Source: Minisyncoccales bacterium
Lineage (GTDB): Bacteria > Patescibacteriota > Minisyncoccia > Minisyncoccales > UBA5738
Length of the DNA: 55,413 nt
Assembly: GCA_049641805.1 (NCBI GenBank)
Contig: JBARNX010000033.1
Location: forward strand, 1 to 55,413
Reading direction: 5' to 3'
Part shown: in pieces, positions 27,017 to 35,255 of the stretch
Layout: each line of letters starts with the position of its first letter
Position numbering within the stretch: the first letter of the stretch is position 1
Program-made: the position numbers and the translations under genes
The notes under the pieces: model-generated
Told to the model about the DNA's origin: nothing
Databases searched by the model: none
Seen by the model: the letters and a program-made list of their open reading frames with translations, nothing else

Positions 27017-27147
27017 ATTTGAAAAATGTCAAAATCCAAATTTCCAATGTCAAAAAAATTCAAAATGCGGAAAGACAAGTGCGGGTTTACGATAACATAA
27101 AATCGGGGATTTGCCAATTTGTTAGTTTTTGGATAGGATAATGACAT

Positions 27148-27432
27148 ATGCTAAGCAAACGGACGAAAGATAAAATCGTGGAAATTCTGAAAAGGAACGG
27201 CGTTAAAAAAGCCGCAGTTTTCGGTTCGTTTGCGCGGGGGGAGGAGAAGAAAACGGGCGATATTGATATTTTAGTGGAAGTGCCGGAGGGGACGGTTTTT
27301 TTTGAATTTATCGGATTGGAGATGGAATTGGAGAAGGCGGCAAAAAGGAAAATAGATTTACTGACATTCAATTCAATACATCCCTTGCTCAAGGATATTA
27401 TTTTAAAAGAGCAAAAACCCATTTATGGATAA
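27148..27432 (+). CDS. MNT-type nucleotidyltransferase (antitoxin-like)
   Basis: GSFARGEEKKTGDIDILV motif. Confidence 0.75.
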   Translation: MLSKRTKDKIVEILKRNGVKKAAVFGSFARGEEKKTGDIDILVEVPEGTVFFEFIGLEMELEKAAKRKIDLLTFNSIHPLLKDIILKEQKPIYG

Positions 27433-27616
27433 GAAACTCGAAATATTTGAGGTTCCTTGGGTGCAAATATGCGGAATGAGAAATAGAATGATCCATGAGT
27501 ATTTCAGTGTCGATTTAAACATAGTTTGAGACACTGCGAACAAAAATCTGCCAAGCTTAAGGAAACAAGTCGTTATGATTTTTAAAACGCTCGATAAGCA
27601 GAAAAAACTTTTATGA
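27425..27616 (+). pseudogene. HepT/DUF86 toxin remnant
   Basis: Only the C-terminal part remains: VPWVQICGMRNRMIHEYFSVDLNIV, then TGA at 27527 where the family has Trp, then DTANKNLPSLRKQV in the same frame. Confidence 0.6.
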
Positions 27617-28755
27617 ATCCGAAAATGTATGTAAAGGGGGTGGGGATGACGCGGTTTGACTACGCGCAGAAGCCTTGGTGGGGGTTTGCCTATGACGCGG
27701 CAATCGATGCGTTGAAGGACGCCAAGATGAATATGGCCGGGATTGACGCGATCGCGTTTTCCGCGGTTTCCAGCGCCGCGGGCGGGGAGCATCAGACGCA
27801 CAAGGTTTCTTTGTTGTCGGGATTGTTTAAAACCAATGTGCCGATCATCGAACTGCCGTCGGTTTGCGGCGGCGGCGGAGCGGCGTTCTGGACGGCGCTG
27901 CGTTTGTTGCGCGATGAGGAGTTTAAAAATATTTTGGTGCTGACCGGAGAAAAGCTGGTGGACAACCGCGCCGAAGTAATCACGGACTGGATATTGTCCG
28001 CCGCCGAGCGAGCGATTGAGCAAACCGAAGGGTTGTTGTTTCCGGCGCAAAACGCGCTGGTTTACCAGCAATACTGCAAAAAATACGGCGGTTCGCACGA
28101 AGATTTGGAGCTGATCGCGTTCAAGAATCACCAGAACGCGGTGGCCAACCCCAAAGCCTATTATTACAAGCGGCCGGTGACGATGGAAAAGATCAAAGAT
28201 TCGCCGGTGGTGGCCGATCCGCTGCGGCTGATGGATTGCTCGCTGTCGGTCAACGGCGGCGCGGCGGCGATCGTTTCCAAAGACGAAACCGATATTGAAA
28301 TCATCGGTTCGGGATTTGCCACCGATTACATTCTGACTTTTGAGCGCGATGATATGACCCATTTCCGCGCCACGCAACTGGCGGCAAAAAAAGCGTTCGC
28401 GACGGCAGATTTAACGCCCGGCGACATTGATGTTGCCGAAATCCACGACGCGTTCACTTCCGTGGAGCTGTTGTCATATGAAGACATCGGTTTTGCCGCG
28501 CCGGGCAAAGGGGGAGAGCTGATCCGCTCGGGCAAGATCAATATGGGCGGCCAAATGCCCATCAATCCGTCAGGAGGCTTGAAAGCCAAGGGCCATCCGA
28601 TCTCGGCCACAGGCCTGGCGCAGATCTATGAGATCACCAACCAGCTGCGCGGCAATTGCGCTGAACGCCAAGTTAAAAACGCCAAAATCGGTCTGACCCA
28701 TAACATCGGCGGCGCCGGCGGCTCGGTTACCGTCCACATCTTGAAAAAGAATTAA
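27613..28755 (+). CDS. Thiolase, SCP-x/archaeal acetoacetyl-CoA thiolase type
   Basis: PSVCGGGGAAF (Cys nucleophile), EIHDAFTSVELLSYEDIGF, INPSGGLKAKGHPISATG, NIGGAG. Confidence 0.8.
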   Translation: MNPKMYVKGVGMTRFDYAQKPWWGFAYDAAIDALKDAKMNMAGIDAIAFSAVSSAAGGEHQTHKVSLLSGLFKTNVPIIELPSVCGGGGAAFWTALRLLRDEEFKNILVLTGEKLVDNRAEVITDWILSAAERAIEQTEGLLFPAQNALVYQQYCKKYGGSHEDLELIAFKNHQNAVANPKAYYYKRPVTMEKIKDSPVVADPLRLMDCSLSVNGGAAAIVSKDETDIEIIGSGFATDYILTFERDDMTHFRATQLAAKKAFATADLTPGDIDVAEIHDAFTSVELLSYEDIGFAAPGKGGELIRSGKINMGGQMPINPSGGLKAKGHPISATGLAQIYEITNQLRGNCAERQVKNAKIGLTHNIGGAGGSVTVHILKKN

Positions 28756-28846
28756 CCCACATCTCCGTAGGGGCGATTCCGTGTAATCGCCCGAGTGCGA
28801 ATTTTGTTTTTTGAATTTGGCGATTTTTTGATACGAAGTCAGCTTC

Positions 28847-28874
28847 TTGACACTATATAACTATTGTATATACT
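28847..28874 (+). promoter_or_regulatory. Sigma70-like promoter with an operator-like inverted repeat
   Basis: TTGACA, 16 nt, TATACT. The tataac/gttata arms overlap it. Confidence 0.4.
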
Positions 28875-28904
28875 ATGGTTATATATGTTAAGCTGCCTGA
28901 AATT

Positions 28905-29180
28905 ATGAAAACTTTGATCAATATAAAAACTGACCGCGATGTGAAAATCAGCGCGCAAAAACTGGCCAAGGAATTGGGATTGTCTTTGAGCGCGGTGGTT
29001 AACGCTTATTTGAAGCAATTTATTCGCACGAAGGCGGTTAATTTTTCGGTTACGCCGCAGATGTCGCCGGAATTAGAAAAACTTTTGGGAAAAATCGATT
29101 ATGATATTGCCCGGGGCAAGAATCTGTCGCCGGCAATGAGTTCCGGGAAAGATATTGATAAATATTTTGAATCTTTGTAA
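28905..29180 (+). CDS. DinJ/RelB-family antitoxin (paralog)
   Basis: MKTLINIKTDRDVKISAQKLAKELGLSLSAVVNAYLKQF. Confidence 0.65.
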   Translation: MKTLINIKTDRDVKISAQKLAKELGLSLSAVVNAYLKQFIRTKAVNFSVTPQMSPELEKLLGKIDYDIARGKNLSPAMSSGKDIDKYFESL

Positions 29181-29185
29181 TTTCC

Positions 29186-29446
29186 ATGGAAATAATATTT
29201 CATCGGAATTTTGAAAAACAAATTTTAAAATTGAAACCGGCGGAAAGAGAAAGATTGAGATTGCGCTTGAAGGTGTTTTTAAACGATCCGTTTGATCGGC
29301 AATTGAACAATCATCCGTTGAAAGGCGATCGGGCCGATTTTCACAGTATCAATATCGGCGGCGATTTGCGCGCGGTATTCAAGCAGATTGATACTGATAA
29401 ATGTATTTTTACCGAGATCGGTACCCACGGCGCATTGTATTCGTAA
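29186..29446 (+). CDS. RelE/YafQ-family toxin (paralog)
   Basis: HRNFEKQILK...NNHPLKGDRADFHSINIGGDLRAVF...GTHGALY. Confidence 0.7.
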   Translation: MEIIFHRNFEKQILKLKPAERERLRLRLKVFLNDPFDRQLNNHPLKGDRADFHSINIGGDLRAVFKQIDTDKCIFTEIGTHGALYS

Positions 29447-29480
29447 AGTGTCCATATGTCCAACATTTGGACACTTTACG
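29442..29480. terminator. 13-bp hairpin cgtaaagtgtcca/tggacactttacg
   Basis: Overlaps the toxin stop codon. Shares its core with 12374-12404. Confidence 0.45.
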
Positions 29481-29526
29481 CATTGATCGGCGCATTTGAA
29501 CAAAAAAACAACCAATTTGTCGGGGC

Positions 29527-30066
29527 CTAACCCCTGCTCCGCCCGCTGGCTTCGCAGGGGTTAGTCCCTTGTCTGGATGTAGTGATAAAATATTTTTTCA
29601 GGGCTAATCTGAAGATGGTTTTGTTTTTTAGGTTGGCTTCGATGAGGCAGATGCCTTTGTTGGGGAAGCCGTAGACGATTAGGGTTTTGGGTTTTGATTC
29701 CAGAACCGCGGGGATGACCAAAAGGTCTTCTTCGCCTTCGACGCAGACATTGATTTTTTCTTTAATCGCGTTTTTGACCGCGAGCCAGGCATTTTTTTGA
29801 ATGGTGCCGGCGGGATTATCAACTATTGTGGCGCACTCATGTTTTTGGGCGAAAACTTTTCGCTGGACTTTTTTGTCGAAAATTTTAATATCGGATTGCA
29901 AATGGTGCGAGCAATAATCGCCCACGGTGATTACGGTCTTGTAATTATTTTTATCCAATATCCTTTGATAGCGGGCTTTGGTTTTTTCTTCGGTTCCGAA
30001 TATCGGTTTGCCCCAGATTTTTTGCATTTTTGCGCGCGATTTTTCCGGTAAAAAATAAGTTCTCAT
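29527..30066 (-). CDS. DUF359/UPF0218, archaeal-type GTP-dependent dephospho-CoA kinase family
   Basis: VGDYC..., IFDKKVQRK, VDNPAGTIQ, VEGEEDLLVIPAVL and VYGFPNKGI match family hallmarks. The last 13 codons run through GC hairpin 29527-29564. Confidence 0.7.
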   Translation of the reverse strand: MRTYFLPEKSRAKMQKIWGKPIFGTEEKTKARYQRILDKNNYKTVITVGDYCSHHLQSDIKIFDKKVQRKVFAQKHECATIVDNPAGTIQKNAWLAVKNAIKEKINVCVEGEEDLLVIPAVLESKPKTLIVYGFPNKGICLIEANLKNKTIFRLALKKYFITTSRQGTNPCEASGRSRG

Positions 30067-30084
30067 TTGCAAAAATTTAAAGTT

Positions 30085-30186
30085 GGAAAATCAAAATGGA
30101 AAATGACAGTTTAAAATGTTAAAGTATCCGAAAGCAAACATTTTTAATGTTACATTGTCATTTTTATTTTTGATATTTACATTTTA
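30085..30186 (+). repeat. AT-rich palindromic intergenic element (copy f)
   Basis: Arms ggaaaatcaaaatggaaaatgaca / tgtcatttttatttttgatatttacatttt. Centre aaaatgttaaagtatccgaaagcaaacattttt. Confidence 0.7.
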
Positions 30187-30242
30187 AATTAAAAGTAGGA
30201 GAATAGAGGTCTATAATTGAACATACTAACGATAAAATATTT

Positions 30243-31271
30243 ATGGCTTTTTATCAATGCTTACAATGCAAGCGGCGGTGGGAATATCCTTTGGCGGAAT
30301 GCCCTTATTGTTTTGCGCCGCTGGAAAAAATGGAAAGCCGGAACGCGCGGGTGATCGGTTCGGTCAAAGTGGCGATTCCAACGCTTTTGCATCCCAATGT
30401 GCCGTATTATATCTTGCTTTTACGGGACGAAGCGGGGAACACATGGGGTTACAAATCGGAAATTGGATACCAAACCGGCGATGAATTGAAATTGGAGCCG
30501 GACGCAAATGCCGTGGCGATATGGCGCGTGAAATACGATATTCAAGAAGGAATCGAAAAAGTTTTGGAATTGGCCGGAGGCATCAATGTCGGCAAAGGTT
30601 CAAAAATCGTGGTTCTGCCCACATTGGCCAAGCCAAGCCACGGCTATTTCCGCGACAACACATCGCCGGAATTTTTGAGCGCGGTTTTACAAATCATTTT
30701 AAAACGGGGCGTGGAGGCCAAAGATATTACTGTCGCCGGGCAAAGTTTTGACGATTTGCCGGTGGTTGCGGTTGCGCAAAAGTCCGGACTTATCGATGCC
30801 GGGATGAAATTCGGCGTGCAGGCGCTTGATTTGGCGATGGGCGAATTCGAGCGGACGGGTAATTTCGAGATTTCAAAAACAATAATGGGCGCCGACCTAG
30901 TGATCAATATGGCGATGGAAAAGATCGGTGCGGCGAGCGCGACCGATAATCTGTTCCGGGTTTTGAAAAAAGAAAATTATCTGGGGCAGAAGTATCTATT
31001 ATCGGACGCGGAAATTGCCGCGGCTCTGGAACCGATCCTGGATAAAATGATCGTGATCGGCGAAGCGGAAAATGTCCAGCGGTCAAACAAACTGACCACT
31101 TTTATGGGATTGGTTTTGGCTGCCAAATCCGGTCGAAATCTGGACCGGGTTTTCAACGAGGCGGCTCAGTCGTTTAAAATGCCGGAAACAATAAAAGATA
31201 TTTCCGCCGCCGGCATACCGGTGGCGGGGAGAAGCGTGAAGGAGGTGCAATATCAAGCGGAAATTTTTTAA
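30243..31271 (+). CDS. DUF35 (zinc-ribbon plus OB-fold) fused to a DUF362-like domain
   Basis: N-terminus CLQCKRRWEYPLAECPYC plus an OB segment. C-terminus IVVLPTLAKPSHGYFRDNTSPEFLSAVLQIILKRG... Confidence 0.6.
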   Translation: MAFYQCLQCKRRWEYPLAECPYCFAPLEKMESRNARVIGSVKVAIPTLLHPNVPYYILLLRDEAGNTWGYKSEIGYQTGDELKLEPDANAVAIWRVKYDIQEGIEKVLELAGGINVGKGSKIVVLPTLAKPSHGYFRDNTSPEFLSAVLQIILKRGVEAKDITVAGQSFDDLPVVAVAQKSGLIDAGMKFGVQALDLAMGEFERTGNFEISKTIMGADLVINMAMEKIGAASATDNLFRVLKKENYLGQKYLLSDAEIAAALEPILDKMIVIGEAENVQRSNKLTTFMGLVLAAKSGRNLDRVFNEAAQSFKMPETIKDISAAGIPVAGRSVKEVQYQAEIF

Positions 31272-31272
31272 G

Positions 31273-31420
31273 TTTAAAATTGAAAAATCAAAATTAAAAA
31301 TGACAATGCAAAATTGAAAATGTTGGAATACCGGCATTTTACATTTTTTCCGCCAAAGGACGGATGCGTCTACGGCGCAAATTGTAATTTTAATTTTTGA
31401 TATTTTAATTTTTAATTAAA
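31273..31420 (+). repeat. AT-rich palindromic intergenic element (copy g)
   Basis: Fills the whole stop-to-ATG spacer. Carries the GC double mini-hairpin 31349-31379. Confidence 0.75.
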
Positions 31421-31423
31421 GCT

Positions 31424-32176
31424 ATGGCAAACATATTTGACGGGAAAGTTGTTTTGATTACCGGTTCGTCGCAGGGAATCGGGCGCGCGGTCGCGTTGAA
31501 ATTCGCCTCATTGGGCGCGAAAATCGCGTTCAACGATATCGCGATGCAGGAGGAAAATTTAAAAGTGGCGGTTGAGGAAGCCAAAAAAGCGGGCGCCCCG
31601 GACGCGAAATATTTTATGGCCGATGTTTCCAAATACGACGATGTGGAAAAAATGATGGCCGCGATTCAAACCGAATTCGGCCGCTTGGATGTTCTGGTGA
31701 ACAATGCCGGGATCGCCAAGGATCGCACTTTGGCGAAAATGACCGTTGAAGAATGGCAACGCGTGATCGACATCAATTTAACCAGCGTCTTTAATTGTTC
31801 AAAGACCGCGTTGCCGATGCTGATTGCCAATCAGGGCAATATCGTGAGTATGTCGTCTTTCTCGGGATTGCGGGGCAATTTTGGGCAAACCAATTATACC
31901 GCGGCCAAAGCCGGTATCATTGGATTTACCAAGACGCTTTCGAAAGAAGTCGGTAAATTCGGCGTGCGCGTCAACGCGGTGGCGCCGGGGTTTATCGAGT
32001 CGAAAATGACCGAGGCTATGCCCGAAGATATCAAGGCGATGGTGAAAAAATTGACTTCATTGGCGCGGACCGGCAAACCCGAAGAAGTGGCCAATGTAAT
32101 CGCGTTTCTGTCTTCGAGCGAAGCGAGTTTTGTGACTGGAGACATTGTCAATATCGACGGCGGTTTGTGGCTGTGA
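31424..32176 (+). CDS. 3-oxoacyl reductase, FabG-like SDR
   Basis: TGSSQGIGRA, NNAG, YTAAKAG. Confidence 0.8.
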   Translation: MANIFDGKVVLITGSSQGIGRAVALKFASLGAKIAFNDIAMQEENLKVAVEEAKKAGAPDAKYFMADVSKYDDVEKMMAAIQTEFGRLDVLVNNAGIAKDRTLAKMTVEEWQRVIDINLTSVFNCSKTALPMLIANQGNIVSMSSFSGLRGNFGQTNYTAAKAGIIGFTKTLSKEVGKFGVRVNAVAPGFIESKMTEAMPEDIKAMVKKLTSLARTGKPEEVANVIAFLSSSEASFVTGDIVNIDGGLWL

Positions 32177-32229
32177 TTTCCGTTCAATTCAAAATTAAGG
32201 CGGGTCGGACATGAGAATAACCAAAAAAT

Positions 32230-33444
32230 ATGGATAATATTTTAGACGATATTCTTAAAAACATCAGCGAACGGGCGCCGCATACGCCATTCTCGGTCGA
32301 GTTTTGGGATGAAACAAAGAAACAATATGGGCGGGGGACGGAAAAATTCAAGATTATCTTTCGTTGCGAAAGTGCGTTAAAGAAGTTTTTGTCGGCCGGT
32401 ACATTGGGTTTCGGCGAGGAATATATGGCCGGCAATATCGAGGTTGCCGGAGATATGCAAGCGATGCTGGGGCTGTACGATCATTGGCGTGATCTTAACC
32501 GGAATATCTCGCCGGGGGTAAAGTTCCGGGTGCTGGCAAACGCGATTTTGACGCGCGCGACAGTCCGCAATTCAAAAAAGAATATCAGGCATCATTACGA
32601 TATCGGCAATGATTTTTATTCTTTATGGCTTGATTCGGCGATGGCTTACTCCTGTGCGTATTTTAAAAACGGTTCCGACAGCTTGGAAATTGCGCAAGCG
32701 AACAAATATGACCATATCTGCAAGAAACTTCGCTTGCGAGCTGGAGAGAAACTGCTGGATATCGGTTGCGGTTGGGGAGGGATGATGTTTCACGCCGCAA
32801 AAAATTATGGCGCCGATTGTACCGGCTGTACACTGTCGGAAACTCAATATCGATATGTTAACGAAAAAATCGAAAAAGAAGGTTTGGGCGGCAAGATTAA
32901 AATTTTTTTAAAAGACTATCGCCGGGTGGAGGGGGTTTTCGATAAATCGGTTTCCGTCGGAATGTTCGAGCATGTGGGGAAAAATTATTATTCGGAATTT
33001 TTTTCAATGGTTAAAAGAACGCTTAAACCTTCGGGTATCGGCGTTTTGCACACCATCGGTTCCCGATCCGGGGGAGCGACAGATCCATTTATCGCCAAAT
33101 ACATTTTTCCGGGCGGGTTTGTTCCGACGCTGGCAATGGTCGCCGACGCGATGAATAAAGCCGAGTTGGTTTTTTATGATGTCGAAGACTTGCGGATGCA
33201 TTATGCCAAAACGCTTGATCTTTGGATCGCTAATTTTGAAGCGGCCGGCGCCGAGGTGAAGAATGTTTTGGCCCGAGAAATAAAAGATCGGACTCGGGCC
33301 GAGGAATTCATCCGGATGTGGCGGCTTTATTTGAATGGCAGCGCGGTTGCGTTCAAAAATGCCGGCAATCGATTGTATCAGATAACTTTTACCAATGGAG
33401 TCAACAATAATTTGCCGCTGACTCGGGATTATCTGTATTCATAA
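32230..33444 (+). CDS. Cyclopropane-fatty-acyl-phospholipid synthase family methyltransferase
   Basis: HYDIGNDFY and LLDIGCGWGGM SAM motif. Length is as expected for the CMAS family. Confidence 0.8.
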   Translation: MDNILDDILKNISERAPHTPFSVEFWDETKKQYGRGTEKFKIIFRCESALKKFLSAGTLGFGEEYMAGNIEVAGDMQAMLGLYDHWRDLNRNISPGVKFRVLANAILTRATVRNSKKNIRHHYDIGNDFYSLWLDSAMAYSCAYFKNGSDSLEIAQANKYDHICKKLRLRAGEKLLDIGCGWGGMMFHAAKNYGADCTGCTLSETQYRYVNEKIEKEGLGGKIKIFLKDYRRVEGVFDKSVSVGMFEHVGKNYYSEFFSMVKRTLKPSGIGVLHTIGSRSGGATDPFIAKYIFPGGFVPTLAMVADAMNKAELVFYDVEDLRMHYAKTLDLWIANFEAAGAEVKNVLAREIKDRTRAEEFIRMWRLYLNGSAVAFKNAGNRLYQITFTNGVNNNLPLTRDYLYS

Positions 33445-33475
33445 TTGACCGTTTTGGCGCACTAAGTGCTATAAT
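33445..33475 (+). promoter_or_regulatory. Extended -10 promoter candidate
   Basis: TTGACC, 19 nt, TGcTATAAT. A roughly 100-nt leader lies before 33581. Confidence 0.4.
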
Positions 33476-33580
33476 ATTAAGTGGCGGCGAAGATTGCTTT
33501 ACCGGCACTTTTATGGTACAAATCAAATTCAGTAAATTCTGCGCCTGTTTTGGCCGGGCGGGGCGGATTCGATAAAAAAT

Positions 33581-35107
33581 ATGCTATACACAAAAGAACA
33601 GATCAAGCAAATAATTCCTTACGACGATCCTTTTCTGTGGGTGGATGAAATTGAGAAAATAGAAGGGGATGTTATCGTCGGTTATAAACAAACTTTATCG
33701 CTGGATCCTTATTTTAAGGGTCATTTCGTTGATTTTCCGATTATGCCGGGAGTTTTGGTGGTTGAAGGTGTCGCCCAGACCGGTACGCTTTTGTTGCGGA
33801 CAAAATTGGGCGACAGCCACAAACAAAAGCACTTGCTGGCTTATCAGGTCCGGGGAGCGATGTTTTATTCGCCGATACTTCCCGGCGACCGGATAAAATA
33901 CCGGGTCCAGCTCTTGGGGGTTTATAATTCAAAGATCGCTAATTTTGTCGGCGAGGCGTATGTGGGCGGCGTTCTTAAATGCGAGGTCAGATTTTCCGTG
34001 GCGGTTATGGATAAAGAAGAAATGAAGCGGAATTTTGTTCGCCGCGACGCGGTTCAGCCGGTTTCGGCGATGAATTTAGCGCAAAAGACCGGTGCGAAAC
34101 TTTATGAGCTGCCGCCGTTAAAAATCGCGCATTGGACGGCTAAATATCCGATCATTCAGGGCGGAATGGCGGTGCGGGTGTCGTTGCACAATTTGGCGGG
34201 GAATGTGGCCAAAGAGGGCGGTGTGGGGCTTGTGGCCGCTTCCGGGATGAGAGATCCCGAAGAATTGAAAAGCGAAATCAGCCAGGCGCGGAAAATTGCC
34301 GGCGCCGGCGGAGTGATCGGCATAAATATTATGGGGGTGGTCGGCCGTTTCCAGCAATTGGTCCAGGCCGCGATCGAGGAAAAAGTTGATTTAATCGTTC
34401 AAGGCGCGGGTTTCCGAAAAGATATTTTTGAAATGGCGCGCGACAGCAACACCCCGATATTTTCCCTGGCTTCTTCGGCCAAAGTCGCGCAGAAAGCGCA
34501 GGATGCGGGTGCGGCGGCAATCATTGTCGTGGGCGCGGACGCGGCCGGACACCTTGGATTTCCGCACGGAATTCCTTTCCGTAAAACAATTGATATTTTA
34601 AAAGAAGTCGTGGCTACGGGCATCAAGGTCCCGTTGATTGCGGCGGGCGGGATTTTCACCGGTGCCGATATCGTGGAAATGATGCGCGCGGGCGCGGTGG
34701 GAGTGCAGTTGGGAACACGCTTCGTTTCCACCGAAGAATGCGATGCCAACATCAAATTCAAAGAAGCGCATATTAACGCCAAAAAGGAAGACAGTATCAT
34801 CGTCCATTCGCCGGTTGGTTTGCCGGGCCGCGCGATCCGTACGGAGTTTTCGGACAAGGTTGAGATTGGAACCGCGCCCAAGCCTGATCCCGCCGAATGC
34901 CAGGGTTGTATCGGGCCGGTTTGTGACAAGAGTTATTGTATTTTGAAAGCGCTGGAGAACGCGCGCAAAGGCGATGTCGAGAACGGTATTGTTTTTGCCG
35001 GGTCAAATGTTTGGCGCGTGAAAGAAATTACCACAGTCAAAAAATTAATCAAAGAACTGGTCGAAGAAGCCAACGCGATTCTGGCGAAAGAGCCATTGAT
35101 TATTTAA
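33581..35107 (+). CDS. FabZ-like hotdog dehydratase fused to an NMO/FabK-type enoyl reductase
   Basis: N-terminus PFLWVDEI...GHFVDFPIMPGVLVVEGVAQ. C-terminus KYPIIQGGMAVRVS...GADAAGHLGF. Confidence 0.75.
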   Translation: MLYTKEQIKQIIPYDDPFLWVDEIEKIEGDVIVGYKQTLSLDPYFKGHFVDFPIMPGVLVVEGVAQTGTLLLRTKLGDSHKQKHLLAYQVRGAMFYSPILPGDRIKYRVQLLGVYNSKIANFVGEAYVGGVLKCEVRFSVAVMDKEEMKRNFVRRDAVQPVSAMNLAQKTGAKLYELPPLKIAHWTAKYPIIQGGMAVRVSLHNLAGNVAKEGGVGLVAASGMRDPEELKSEISQARKIAGAGGVIGINIMGVVGRFQQLVQAAIEEKVDLIVQGAGFRKDIFEMARDSNTPIFSLASSAKVAQKAQDAGAAAIIVVGADAAGHLGFPHGIPFRKTIDILKEVVATGIKVPLIAAGGIFTGADIVEMMRAGAVGVQLGTRFVSTEECDANIKFKEAHINAKKEDSIIVHSPVGLPGRAIRTEFSDKVEIGTAPKPDPAECQGCIGPVCDKSYCILKALENARKGDVENGIVFAGSNVWRVKEITTVKKLIKELVEEANAILAKEPLII

Positions 35108-35250
35108 AATTAAAAAATCAAAATGAAAAATGACAATGCAAAATCGCAAAATTTGCAAAACGCGACATTTTAACATTTTTTCCGCCAAAGGACGGATGCG
35201 CCTACGGCGCAAATTGTCATTTTGATTTTTGATATTTACATTTTTAATTT
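35108..35250 (+). repeat. AT-rich palindromic intergenic element (copy h)
   Basis: Same arms as copies g and i. GC double mini-hairpin at 35181-35211. Confidence 0.75.
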
Positions 35251-35255
35251 GGAAT

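Noticed and set aside
27527-27529. The in-frame TGA, considered as evidence for a recoded genetic code (UGA as Trp or Gly).
   Set aside because: Several well-supported genes here terminate at TGA (for example riboflavin kinase, alaS and CarS). All conserved genes give full-length ORFs under code 11. An isolated nonsense codon in a truncated gene fits a pseudogene.
31395-31423. A promoter embedded in the right arm of the palindromic elements giving leaderless mRNAs (a TAATTN -10-like hexamer 5-6 nt before the ATG, with a TTGATT-like -35).
   Set aside because: In sequence this AT-rich, such hexamers are expected by chance, and the -35 matches are weak. I keep it as an idea to test with 5'-end mapping and do not report it as a feature.
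35130-35225. A 31-codon ORF inside palindromic element h (MTMQNRKICKTRHF...).
   Set aside because: The equivalent frame in paralogous element g stops after 5 codons (MTMQN*), so the ORF is not conserved.
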